Counted from the stretch's first letter, positions 1 through 9,416 are shown. The stretch: 57,037 nucleotides of DNA from Candidatus Aminicenantes bacterium (GCA_016931595.1 JAFGEN010000159.1:1-57037); one strand, 5' to 3'. Made by a program: numbers and translations. Notes: generated by a model from the sequence alone, not told the origin.

Positions 1-2
1 CC

Positions 3-134
3 GTCGAGATGGAAACCATCCGCGGGCTCAAGTGTGAAACCCTGGAGGCCCGGGCCGTCTGCCGCGGCTGCGGAACGAGTCACGAAATCTCCTTCTGCCT
101 GCCGGAAATCCGGGGTCAAACCCGCCGTTCATGA
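3..134 (+). CDS. 3' end of a CDS that begins upstream of the window (partial, function unknown)
   Basis: Frame open from the window edge, reading ...VEMETIRGLKCETLEARAVCRGCGTSHEISFCLPEIRGQTRRS, with TGA at 132-134. The Cys-rich tail (CxxC) might be a zinc ribbon but is too short to assign. Confidence 0.3.
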   Translation, partial: VEMETIRGLKCETLEARAVCRGCGTSHEISFCLPEIRGQTRRS

Positions 135-167
135 CTCAGGGCAAACGCCCCCTCCCCCATTTTCAAC

Positions 168-201
168 TTGACATTTACTGAAAAACCACACAAAATTGTG
201 T
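168..201 (+). promoter_or_regulatory. Candidate sigma70-type promoter with an overlapping 6-2-6 palindrome
   Basis: TTGACA 168-173, 17-nt spacer, CAAAAT 191-196. Inverted repeat ACACAA-AA-TTGTGT at 188-201 sits on the -10 region. Lies in an AT-rich stretch upstream of the 311 gene. Confidence 0.35.
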
Positions 202-310
202 AAATTAAGATGCAGTACCATATATCTTGTGTCTTTTTAAGGAGAAGGACGCCGTCCGGCATCCCTGACAAGGTGTTCATTCGCCTCCCGACGCCAGCCG
301 CCAACACCCC

Positions 311-3300
311 ATGAATCCACCCTTCGAATGCACCCTGGCCGTTCCTTCCACGCGGCCGAGGGCGTTGATCGTCGACGGCCGCCCGGGCCGTCTGGCCGCC
401 TTCCTGTCGACGATGAACGGCTGCGCCGAGGTGTTCCCCGCCAGAAGCGCCATGGAAGCCTTCTATTGGGCCGAAAAACTCGGCTCTCTCGACTGTCTCA
501 TCCTTCATGATCCCGCGGCCTTGACCGCCGCCCCTCTCGATTTCATCCGGATGCTTCTTGCGGCTCTGAAAAAAACCGACCGGATGATCAAACTCATCGT
601 TGCCGGGCCCGAGGAAGCCGAGGCCTTGAAAAATTCGATCTTAGTCGGGGCCGAGGACATCATCCTCCAAGGCCCGGTCGAGATCGAGGACTTCGTCCTC
701 GAAGTCCGGCGGCTGATCGCCCGCCTTGCCCGGGAAAAACGGTCTCTCCTCCGCGTTCCCATGTCCGAAGAGAGGCCGGTTCGGGTCGAGATCGGCGGAG
801 CCGACGGCCCCGCCGTTCTTCGCGACCTCAGCGAAACCGGAATGTTCCTTCAGACGGCCGCGCGGCTTGAAATCGGAACGGCACGACCTTTTCTTCTCCG
901 CATTTCCGACGACGAGGTTTGCCGGGTGGAAGGGATCGTTGTTCGCTCGGAAAAGGGCGAGGGCGGAATCGGGATCGCCTTCCGGCCGACGGACGACGAG
1001 GCCCGAAAAAGAATCTTCGCCCGGCTGGCCGAAGCCGTGTCCCCCAAGGACCTGGCCGAGCTCAAGCGGCGCTATCCCAAGTTGAACACCTCGGAAATGG
1101 TGGCGTTCCCCTCCTTCGAGAAAATCCTGGAGCTTCTCGAGGAAGCCCGGCGGGTAAAAACCGAAATCACCGCTCTCCCGGCCCATGCCCGGAAACCGGC
1201 AACCCTGACCCTCGAGCGGATCGACCCCGGGCGGACCTGCCTTCTCACCGGAAAGGACCTCGGGGTCCGGTTTAAAACCGGCGACTCGGTGTTCATGTCT
1301 TTTCAGTTCGGTTACGCCACTTATAACTTTGAAACCACGGTCCGAAGGATCGATGACGACGGAACCCGCCTCGAGTGCTTCTTCCCCCGGATCCTGTTCT
1401 ATTCGGAAAAGCGGTCCCTGAAACGGGAGGCCCCGCTATCCGGGCTTCGCCTGGAACTTGTCCTTCCGCCTCCGTTTCAGGCCGAGATCACCGGACCGAT
1501 CGTCGACGTTTCGGACACCGGGGCCAGTTTCCTGGCCGACGGCGGATCGCTCGCTCTCCTCCCCGGCACCCCGGTCGGCCCGATTCGGATCTATGACAAC
1601 GGACGGCTCGTCCGCGAGGAAAAGGGCGAAGTCCGGAACGTCGTCCGCGTCGGCGACAATGGTTGTTCCGGTTATCGCTACGGCCTCCAATTCGGGATCG
1701 GCCGTTTGAGCCTCCAGACCATCCATCCTCACCGGCGGAGCACCGATGCCCCGGCCGCCGCGGATGAAGCCGCCGCGCTTTCCGACCCCGGTCTACCGGC
1801 CGCCCTGAAGGCCCTCTCCCACCGGCCGCCGACGGTTGTCCGGCTGGAAAACGGACGGGGCGAAGAAATCGTCGGCCTCCTGAATTCCTCCGCTCCCCTG
1901 GACGAAGAACCCGTCCCCGTCGTCCTGATTCCTCCGGCTTTCGGCAAAACGAAGGAAACACTGTTCGGCCTGGCCTTGACCCTTGTCGAGAATTTTCATC
2001 GGGCCGGCCGGCCGCTGGCCGTTTTCCGTTACGACGGCATCCGCCGCAAGGGAGAAAGCCACAAGGACCCGGAGGCCTCTGAGCCGCCGCTGGAAATGGC
2101 CAACGCCAGCCTCAGCCAGGGAGCCGACGACATCCGGGCCGTCCTCGACTGGCTGGCCGCCAACCCGACGCTCAAGGCCGGGCCGGTCATTCTCGTGACC
2201 TTCTCGCTCTCCGCCCTGGAGGCCCGGATCGCCCTTCGGGACGAGGCCCTCCGCCGCCGCGTCCAGTACTGGATCGCCTGCATGGGAACGCTCGAGTTCC
2301 GGGACCTGATGAACAAGGTCAACTGCGGACTCGACCTTCTCGAGCAGCACCAGTTGGGGATCGACCTCGGAATCATCCCCATCCTGGGCAATCTCGTCCG
2401 GATGCGGCATTACGCCGCCGATGTCGTGGCCTCCGGCGTGGCCACCCTCGACCAGGCCCGGGAGGACATGCGCAGGATCAACCTCCCCATCACCTGGATT
2501 TACGGCAAGCACGACAACTGGGTCAAGGCGGAGTTCGTCCGGGACGTCATGAGCATCAAGGCCGACGCCCCCAGGGAGGTTCTTTCCGTCCCCTTGGGCC
2601 ACAATGCCCGGACTTCGGAAGAAGCCCTCCGCCTGTTCGGGACGATTACGTCCCTCGCCCATCGCTTCCTTCACGGGACGATGATCGAAACCGTCATCCC
2701 GGACAGTCAAAACCTCGAGTACATGCGACGGGCGGAGAAAGACCGCCTCCCCGCCCGCAATCTCAAGAATAAGAAATCCTACTGGACCCAATACCTTGTC
2801 GGGAAGAACGACCTTCTCGGATTCGATACGATGGCCCTGTCGGACGACTACCGCGGACTCATGGAGGATCAACGGACGGCCCTCGAGTTGATGCCGAAAG
2901 ACCGCTTCCTCGACCTCGGCGGCGGCACGGGCAACTTCGTCGAACACCTCATCCGGGCCGGGGACAAGTTCCCGGCCCGGGCCGTCCTGGCCGACCTAAT
3001 TCCCGAAGCCCTGGAGCGGGCCTGCCGCAAGCTGACCGCCCGGGCCCCGTTCCTCAAAGAGGAGGGCCGCCTCAAAGCCATCGTCCTCGACGCCGAGATG
3101 AACCGGTTCATCCCGGTCCGCCGGTTCCTGGCGGGTGAAATCGGCCGCTTCGAGGAGCTGGCCGATCAGGTCGAAAACCTGTCCCTGCCTTCGGCCGTTC
3201 GTATCGACGGAGCTTACTCGCCGGACCTGCACCGGATTCTCCGGGGCCGGGACGTCACCGCGGAAAAGGAACGCCGTCTGAAAGGCGAATTCGAGCTGGC

Positions 3301-3859
3301 CGAGTACCGGATGATCCGCGATTTCAACCTGGCCGCCCGCCACGTTTTACGGCTGGCCCCCGGCCGCCCGGTCTTCCGTAAACTATCGTTCCCCGGCGGC
3401 CTCGAGGCCCCCGAGCATCTTCCTTTCGCCGACGGAAGCTTCTCCAAGGTTCTGATGAGCCTGGTCCTCTCCTATCTTTTCAATCCGGTCGAAACGCTCC
3501 GGGAGGTTCACCGGATCATTGCCCCGGGCGGCCGCCTGGTCGTCTCGAGCATGCGCCCGGACACCGATGCCTCCGGCCTGTTCACCCGTCTCCTGGACAA
3601 GGTCGAATCCATGCCGGAAAGCGCCTTCCCCGCCCCCTGGCCGAAGGCCCGGCTTCTCGATTCGATGCGCTCCTTTCTCAACGACGCCCAAGCCCTGGTC
3701 GACCTGGAGGAAGCCGGAACGTTCGATTTCTTCGACCCGGACAAATTGGCCGCCCTTCTGGAAACCTCGGGATTCGAGAGCGTCCGGACCATCCCCTCCT
3801 TCGGAAATCCTCCGCAAGGATATATTATCGTCGCCAAACCGAGGGACGTCCATGGCTGA
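311..3859 (+). CDS. Multidomain signalling enzyme: receiver-like domain + two PilZ domains + alpha/beta-hydrolase + class I SAM methyltransferase
   Basis: 1182-aa ORF. Receiver-like N-terminus (RALIVDG...DCLILHD). PilZ motifs RSLLR...DLSETG and RSLKR...DVSDTG. Hydrolase triad candidates FSLSA / KHDNW / LGHNA. Methyltransferase motif I LDLGGGTGNF and PGGRLVVSS. Stop overlaps the next start (ATGGCTGA). Confidence 0.8.
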   Translation: MNPPFECTLAVPSTRPRALIVDGRPGRLAAFLSTMNGCAEVFPARSAMEAFYWAEKLGSLDCLILHDPAALTAAPLDFIRMLLAALKKTDRMIKLIVAGPEEAEALKNSILVGAEDIILQGPVEIEDFVLEVRRLIARLAREKRSLLRVPMSEERPVRVEIGGADGPAVLRDLSETGMFLQTAARLEIGTARPFLLRISDDEVCRVEGIVVRSEKGEGGIGIAFRPTDDEARKRIFARLAEAVSPKDLAELKRRYPKLNTSEMVAFPSFEKILELLEEARRVKTEITALPAHARKPATLTLERIDPGRTCLLTGKDLGVRFKTGDSVFMSFQFGYATYNFETTVRRIDDDGTRLECFFPRILFYSEKRSLKREAPLSGLRLELVLPPPFQAEITGPIVDVSDTGASFLADGGSLALLPGTPVGPIRIYDNGRLVREEKGEVRNVVRVGDNGCSGYRYGLQFGIGRLSLQTIHPHRRSTDAPAAADEAAALSDPGLPAALKALSHRPPTVVRLENGRGEEIVGLLNSSAPLDEEPVPVVLIPPAFGKTKETLFGLALTLVENFHRAGRPLAVFRYDGIRRKGESHKDPEASEPPLEMANASLSQGADDIRAVLDWLAANPTLKAGPVILVTFSLSALEARIALRDEALRRRVQYWIACMGTLEFRDLMNKVNCGLDLLEQHQLGIDLGIIPILGNLVRMRHYAADVVASGVATLDQAREDMRRINLPITWIYGKHDNWVKAEFVRDVMSIKADAPREVLSVPLGHNARTSEEALRLFGTITSLAHRFLHGTMIETVIPDSQNLEYMRRAEKDRLPARNLKNKKSYWTQYLVGKNDLLGFDTMALSDDYRGLMEDQRTALELMPKDRFLDLGGGTGNFVEHLIRAGDKFPARAVLADLIPEALERACRKLTARAPFLKEEGRLKAIVLDAEMNRFIPVRRFLAGEIGRFEELADQVENLSLPSAVRIDGAYSPDLHRILRGRDVTAEKERRLKGEFELAEYRMIRDFNLAARHVLRLAPGRPVFRKLSFPGGLEAPEHLPFADGSFSKVLMSLVLSYLFNPVETLREVHRIIAPGGRLVVSSMRPDTDASGLFTRLLDKVESMPESAFPAPWPKARLLDSMRSFLNDAQALVDLEEAGTFDFFDPDKLAALLETSGFESVRTIPSFGNPPQGYIIVAKPRDVHG

Positions 3860-6374
3860 CCGGGACCAGAGCCTGTTCGAACGGCTGGGACAGGAATACG
3901 ACCTGCACGGGCGGACCATCCGGGTCATCGTTTTCAGCGCCATCCTTTACACCTCGTTCCTTCTCCTCGATTGGATCTTCGCCCGGGAAAACTTCGTCGA
4001 GTTCCTTATCATCCGCCTGGTCGTGCTGGCCGTCCACGCCGCCCTGTTCGCCTACCTCAGCCGGATCAAAACCAACCAGGGCGCCGAGAACGTCGCCGTC
4101 ATCCTGACGATCGTCGACGTGGCCGGAATCGCCCTGATGATCCAGATCCTGGGCGGATACGAAACGGCCTATGTCCAGGGCCTCTACCTGATCATCATGG
4201 GGATCGTCGTCATCGTCCCCTTGCGCTTCCGTACGACAATCGCCCTTTACGCCCTGATCTGGGCCAGCTACGCCGTTCCCGGGTTCTTCCGCTCCCCGGC
4301 CGACGGCAAGGCCGCGTTCGCCAACCTCTTTTTCCTCTCGGCCTTGATCATCCTGGGAATCCTCGGCTCATCCATCATGGAAAGCATCCGCAAGCGGGAA
4401 CTGGCCGGACGGATGAAGCTGGAGAAAGCCACCGCCCAGCTCCAGGAATCCAATGAAAAGTTGAAAACCATCGACCACGCGAAAATGCAGTTTTTCGCCA
4501 ACGTCAATCACGAGCTGCGCACGCCCCTCACTCTCATGCTCGCCCCGATTCCGCCGATGATCCAGGAGCGGATGGGTCCGGTCACCGACCTCCAGAGAGA
4601 GACTCTCGAATCCATCCGGCAAAACGGCTACCGCCTCCTCAAGCTCATCAACAACCTCCTCGACCTCAACAAGCTCGAGGCCGGCCGGCTGCGGCTTCGG
4701 CCGAAAACGCTGAATTTCGATGAATATGTCGAAAGCATCCTCTCCTCGGTCAAGGTCCTGGCCGACCAGAAGGGGATCAGCCTGTTTTTTCAGCACCCGC
4801 TGGCCCCGGTCGAGCTGACGATCGACCCCGACCAGTTCGAAAAAGTCGTCCTCAACCTTCTTTCCAACGCCTTGAAATTCACTCCGGAAAACGGGCGGGT
4901 GACCCTTTACCTCGAGGAAAAGCCTGAAAGCGTCCTCTTGACAGTGGAGGATACGGGGGCGGGCGTCCCGGCCAACATGCTGGATGCCGTTTTCGACCGG
5001 TTCCGGCAGGTGGAAGGCCCGGCCGGCAGAGCCCAGCCGGGTACCGGCATCGGGCTGGCCTTGGCCAAGGAAATCGTCTCTCTCCACGGAGGGATCATCC
5101 GGGTCGAAAGCGAACTCGACGAGGGCTCCCGGTTTATCGTCGAACTTCTGAAGGGGACGGGCCATTTCAGCGAGGAAATTATGGACCGCCGCCAGATCGA
5201 TCAGCCGGTCGCATACCGGAAGCGCGAGACCGACGGCCACCGGGAAGGCATCCAAGTCCAGGATATTCTCTCCAATACCCGGGACATCCAGCTGGCCGAC
5301 CTGGAAAAAATGGACTTCGACCCCGTCGAGGCGGCCAAGGAGCGGAACCACGACTTCCAGGTCCTGGTGATCGACGACAGCCCGGAGGTGTTGAAGCTCA
5401 TGCACCTCCTCCTCCACGAAGACTTCGACCTGGACTTCGCCCTGTCCGGCGAGGACGGAATCCGGATTCTCCACGACCGCGGACCCGACCTGGTCCTTAG
5501 CGACGTCATGATGCCGGGAATGGACGGCCACGAGCTTTGCCGGCGGATCAAGTCCGACCCGGCCATCAAGCATATCCCCGTTCTCTTGGTGACCGCCCGC
5601 TCGGCTTCCGAGATGCTGGCCGCCGGCATGGAATCCGGGGCCGACGATTACATCATCAAGCCGTTCAATGCCGTCGAGCTCAAGGCCCGGATCCGGTCCC
5701 ATCTCCGAATGCGCCAAGTCGAGGCCGAGCTGGCCCTGGCCAACCGCAACCTCAAGATGAGGACCGACGACCTCGTCGAACGCCAGCGGACGCTGTTCAT
5801 CTCGATGGTCAAATCGCTGGTTTCGGCCCTCGAGGCCAAGGATTTCTACACCCGGCACCATTCGGCCCGGGTCACCGACTTCTCGCTCCGAATCGCCCGT
5901 CGCATGGGCTTCGGCGAGCGGGAGCTGGCCGACCTGGAACTGGCCGGCCTGCTTCACGACATCGGAAAAATCGGCGTCCCCGAAAACATCCTCAACAAGC
6001 CCGGCCCGCTGACGGCCGCCGAGTACAAGGCGATCATGGACCACCCCGTCTTCGGCGAAAGCATCCTCAAACCGGTCGTCGAGCTGAACCAGATCGCCAA
6101 GATCGTCCGCTGTCACCATGAGAAATACGACGGCACCGGATATCCCGACGGGCTGAAAGGCCTGGAAATTCCCCTCGGAGCCCGGATCATGACCGTCGCC
6201 GATGCCTACGACGCCATCACATCCAAGCGGCCTTACCGCGGCGAGGAATCCCACCATTATGCGGTCAAGGAAATCATCCGCTGCTCCGGAACCCAGTTCG
6301 ACCCCGAGGTCATCCAGCATTTCATGGAGGTGGCCCGGGAGTTCGCGGTCAACAACGGCATCATTCGGGCCTGA
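3852..6374 (+). CDS. Hybrid sensor histidine kinase / receiver with C-terminal HD-GYP domain (c-di-GMP phosphodiesterase type)
   Basis: ATG 3852 overlaps the upstream TGA (3857-3859); the track ORF start at 3519 is an out-of-gene extension. Multi-helix hydrophobic N-terminus. H-box FFANVNHELRTPL. N/G boxes LLSNALKFT, EDTGAGV, GTGIGLALAKE. Receiver VLVIDDSPEV...LVLSDVMMPGMDG...DYIIKPF. HD-GYP motifs LLHDIGKIGVP and HHEKYDGTGYP. Confidence 0.9.
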   Translation: MADRDQSLFERLGQEYDLHGRTIRVIVFSAILYTSFLLLDWIFARENFVEFLIIRLVVLAVHAALFAYLSRIKTNQGAENVAVILTIVDVAGIALMIQILGGYETAYVQGLYLIIMGIVVIVPLRFRTTIALYALIWASYAVPGFFRSPADGKAAFANLFFLSALIILGILGSSIMESIRKRELAGRMKLEKATAQLQESNEKLKTIDHAKMQFFANVNHELRTPLTLMLAPIPPMIQERMGPVTDLQRETLESIRQNGYRLLKLINNLLDLNKLEAGRLRLRPKTLNFDEYVESILSSVKVLADQKGISLFFQHPLAPVELTIDPDQFEKVVLNLLSNALKFTPENGRVTLYLEEKPESVLLTVEDTGAGVPANMLDAVFDRFRQVEGPAGRAQPGTGIGLALAKEIVSLHGGIIRVESELDEGSRFIVELLKGTGHFSEEIMDRRQIDQPVAYRKRETDGHREGIQVQDILSNTRDIQLADLEKMDFDPVEAAKERNHDFQVLVIDDSPEVLKLMHLLLHEDFDLDFALSGEDGIRILHDRGPDLVLSDVMMPGMDGHELCRRIKSDPAIKHIPVLLVTARSASEMLAAGMESGADDYIIKPFNAVELKARIRSHLRMRQVEAELALANRNLKMRTDDLVERQRTLFISMVKSLVSALEAKDFYTRHHSARVTDFSLRIARRMGFGERELADLELAGLLHDIGKIGVPENILNKPGPLTAAEYKAIMDHPVFGESILKPVVELNQIAKIVRCHHEKYDGTGYPDGLKGLEIPLGARIMTVADAYDAITSKRPYRGEESHHYAVKEIIRCSGTQFDPEVIQHFMEVAREFAVNNGIIRA

Positions 6375-6389
6375 TCGGCCCCTTCCGGG

Positions 6390-7265
6390 ATGAAAACCGC
6401 ACAATCCGCCGTGGCGGCCGGGATTATCTGGTTGATCGTCGCCTGGACGCCGGCTTGCCGGGAAGGACGGACCCAGGATAAGCCGGAAAGCGGGCTGGTC
6501 CCGCACATCGCCGAAAAACCGCTCCCCGAAAACAAAACAATCGAATCGCGATTTCCCGCCCCGCCGGGCTTCGAACGGATTCCGGCCGAGCCGGGATCCT
6601 TCGCCGCCTATCTCCGGGGTCTTCCGCTTAAGCCGCAAGGCGCGGAGGTCAGGCTGTTCGACGGAAGGGTCAAGTCCGCCGCGGGCGTCTATGCCGCGGT
6701 GGTCGACCTGCCGATCGGCAACCGGGACCTCCACCAATGCGCCGACGCCGTCATCCGCCTTCGGGCCGAATACCTGTTCGCGGCGGGGCGCCCGGACGAC
6801 ATCCGCTTCCATTTCACCAACGGCTTCGAGGCCGCTTACTCCCGCTGGAGACGGGGGGAGCGGATTTCGGCGGGCCGCGACGGCGTCCGATGGACGGGCG
6901 CGGTGCGGACGGAACCGGATGACGGAACATTCCGGGGTTACCTGGAAACGGTCTTCGCTTACGCCGGGACGGCTTCTCTGGCCGCCGAGCTTGACGACGC
7001 GGCGGGAGACGACCCCGAGATCGGGGATGTCTTCATCCGGGGCGGACACCCCGGCCACGCCGTCATCGTCGTTGATAAGGCCTCAGACTCGCAAACCGGC
7101 CGGAGCGTTTTCCTCCTGGCTCAAAGCTACATGCCGGCCCAGGATATCCAGGTGCTGGTCAATCCGAACGAGGCCCGATTGAGCCCGTGGTACGCAGCGG
7201 GATTCGGGGACGTCCTGCAAACACCGCAGTGGACGTTCACCTCGGCCGAGAAAAAACGCTTTTGA
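6390..7265 (+). CDS. Putative exported/lipoprotein of unknown function (possibly DUF4846-like; tentative)
   Basis: Starts 15 nt after the kinase stop. N-terminal hydrophobic segment ending in Cys (IIWLIVAWTPAC). No catalytic motif recognised. The family guess is from memory only. Confidence 0.55.
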   Translation: MKTAQSAVAAGIIWLIVAWTPACREGRTQDKPESGLVPHIAEKPLPENKTIESRFPAPPGFERIPAEPGSFAAYLRGLPLKPQGAEVRLFDGRVKSAAGVYAAVVDLPIGNRDLHQCADAVIRLRAEYLFAAGRPDDIRFHFTNGFEAAYSRWRRGERISAGRDGVRWTGAVRTEPDDGTFRGYLETVFAYAGTASLAAELDDAAGDDPEIGDVFIRGGHPGHAVIVVDKASDSQTGRSVFLLAQSYMPAQDIQVLVNPNEARLSPWYAAGFGDVLQTPQWTFTSAEKKRF

Positions 7266-7277
7266 TCGGGACAGCCT

Positions 7278-9272
7278 TTACTTGACCCCGCTCCGTTCCA
7301 GGGCCATGTTCATCTTTTCGAGAAAGACGTCTTTCGATTCGAACCCCGTCCCTCGAAGCTCGGAGATCTCGGTCCCGTCGGGTTTGAGAAAGATCAGGGT
7401 CGGGACCCCTCGAACATTGTACTTCCGGTAAAATTCCTTCACCTTCGGGTCCGACCCCGAGGTCAGGTCGGTCTTGAGCATGACGAATTTGCGGGAGGCG
7501 GCGACGACCTCGGGCTGGTTGAAGGTCATCTTGTCCAGCTCTTTGCAGGGGATGCACCACTCGGCGAAGGAGTCGATAAAGACCGGCTTTCCGGCCTCGA
7601 CCGCTTCGGCCAGGGCCTCCTCGCTGTACGGTTGCCAGGCGATGACATCGGCCGCGAGGCCGCCTGCGGCCGCGGTCCTGGCAGCGATCGTTTCGTCGAG
7701 ATATTCCTGCACGCCCTGGACGGCGAAGACCAGAGCCAGGGCGAGAAAGACGATGCCGACGAGGACCCGGATATAAGGAAAAACCTTGCCCGCCGTTTTC
7801 GTCGGCTCGATCCAGCCCATGTAAATCCCGGCGATCAGCATGACCAGGGCCAGGGTGAACTGGTAGTAGAGGACGTTGGGGAAGAGCGACTTGAGGAAGT
7901 AAGCGGCCATGGCGATGAGAATGAACCCAAAAATCTTCCGGACCCAGACCATCCATGCCCCCGACCGCGGGAGCTTGTTCAGGCTTCCCGAGAAGATGCC
8001 CAGGATGAGGAATGGGACGCCCAATCCCAGGGCCAGGACGAAGAACAGCGAAAAGCCCAGGACGACGCTGCCCCGGTTCCCGACGTACGTCAGGAGGCCC
8101 AGGACGAACGGTCCGATGCAGGGCGCGGCGACAATCCCCACGGTCAGGCCCATGAGGATCGTTCCGAGGTAGCCTTTCTGGCTGCCGCCGGCCAGCCTGT
8201 TGAGAAAGCCGGGCATCCTGAACTCGTAGACGTCGAACATGCTGAGGGACAGGACGATCATGATCACGGCGATGACGATCAGGACGGGCGGATAGGTCAG
8301 GGCCGCCCCGAACAATCCGCCGGTGAAGGCGGCGATGACGCCCAGGATCGAATACGTCAAGGCCATGCCCAGGACGTAGAGGATGGCGTGAAGGACCACG
8401 CCGCCTTTCTTTCCCTCGGCCTGGCCGCCGAAATAGCTGATCGTAATGGGGATGATCGGGTAAATGCAGGGGGTCAGGTTGAGGGCCAGCCCGCCGAGAA
8501 AAACCAGGACGAACATGACGGGGAGGCCCTTGCCTTCGAAGGGGGACTCCTCGGTTGACGGAGGAGTTGAAGGTTCCGCCCGGGGAGCGGCGGGGATCTC
8601 GGAAACAGCCGGTTCTCCGGTTTGAGGCTCGGATTTTTCCGATTCCTTGGCCGGAGCCTCGGCTTGAGGCTTTGCCTCGCTTTTCTCGGCCTGGATTCCG
8701 GCCGGGGGCTTCTCTTCGGTCTTTCTGGCCGGTTCATCGGCGGGTGCGGTCTTGACCTTGGGTTGTGCGGTGTCAGGCGGAACCGCGGGACTCCCGCCCT
8801 CGACTTTCACGACTTTCATGAAAGGAACATCTGTCGGGGGCAGGCAGGACATGTCGTCGCAGGCTTGGTAACCGAGAGAACCTTCGACGGCGAACTCCGA
8901 CCCGGCAAAATCGGCCGCCACGGTCAGTTCGGCGGTGATTTTCACCGTGCCTTCGTAAATCGAGAGTGGATTCTCCGATAGGCCGAGCTTCCGCATTTCT
9001 CCCCTGGGAAAGATGATCCGTCCGGCCTTGACTCCGGCCGGAACCTTGAGGTCCAGGGTCGTGGCGATGAGGTAATCCTCAGACGGCTGGTCGGACTGGA
9101 TGTGGTACGGCGGCCGGATGGAGACCTCGAGGGTCACGACCGCGGTTTGGCCGGCCTTGAAGACCTCGACCGAGGGGATCACCTTCACGGCGACGATTTC
9201 GTCCTGGGCCTGGGAGAAGGCGGCCGGAACGAGAATTGCCAGGGCGAGCACGGTGCAGAACCATCGTTTCAT
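7278..9272 (-). CDS. dsbD: Thiol:disulfide interchange protein DsbD-like (periplasmic N-domain, CcdA/DsbD membrane core, C-terminal thioredoxin)
   Basis: Start trimmed to ATG 9272 (AGGAG 8 nt upstream; signal peptide MKRWFCTVLALAILVPAAFSQA). N-domain GYQACDDMSCLPP. Membrane core LNLTPCIYPIIP and AAPCIGPF. Thioredoxin motif FAEWCIPCK. Confidence 0.85.
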   Translation of the reverse strand: MKRWFCTVLALAILVPAAFSQAQDEIVAVKVIPSVEVFKAGQTAVVTLEVSIRPPYHIQSDQPSEDYLIATTLDLKVPAGVKAGRIIFPRGEMRKLGLSENPLSIYEGTVKITAELTVAADFAGSEFAVEGSLGYQACDDMSCLPPTDVPFMKVVKVEGGSPAVPPDTAQPKVKTAPADEPARKTEEKPPAGIQAEKSEAKPQAEAPAKESEKSEPQTGEPAVSEIPAAPRAEPSTPPSTEESPFEGKGLPVMFVLVFLGGLALNLTPCIYPIIPITISYFGGQAEGKKGGVVLHAILYVLGMALTYSILGVIAAFTGGLFGAALTYPPVLIVIAVIMIVLSLSMFDVYEFRMPGFLNRLAGGSQKGYLGTILMGLTVGIVAAPCIGPFVLGLLTYVGNRGSVVLGFSLFFVLALGLGVPFLILGIFSGSLNKLPRSGAWMVWVRKIFGFILIAMAAYFLKSLFPNVLYYQFTLALVMLIAGIYMGWIEPTKTAGKVFPYIRVLVGIVFLALALVFAVQGVQEYLDETIAARTAAAGGLAADVIAWQPYSEEALAEAVEAGKPVFIDSFAEWCIPCKELDKMTFNQPEVVAASRKFVMLKTDLTSGSDPKVKEFYRKYNVRGVPTLIFLKPDGTEISELRGTGFESKDVFLEKMNMALERSGVK

Positions 9273-9416
9273 GCTGATAACTCCTGCGGAAAAAACGGGG
9301 GGATTATAGCATATCTCCAGGAAATGTCGGTTGAACGCCCCCGGGGCGGATGATAAAATCCGGGGACGCCGGGGCGATTGACCGCTCCGGCCGCCCCCCG
9401 AGGAAAGGACGGCCGC

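Noticed and set aside
4368-7058. 896-aa ORF on the minus strand spanning the kinase gene and the following gene
   Set aside because: It is entirely antisense to two well-supported genes. Its translation is Arg/Gly/Pro/Asp-rich with no motifs. It is a typical stop-codon-poor antisense frame of GC-rich DNA.
8560-8760. Apparent short tandem repeats in DNA (…GAGGCTCGG…GAGGCTTTG…)
   Set aside because: They are imperfect and in frame. They simply encode the low-complexity Pro/Glu/Lys/Ala linker of DsbD. This is not a CRISPR array or satellite repeat.
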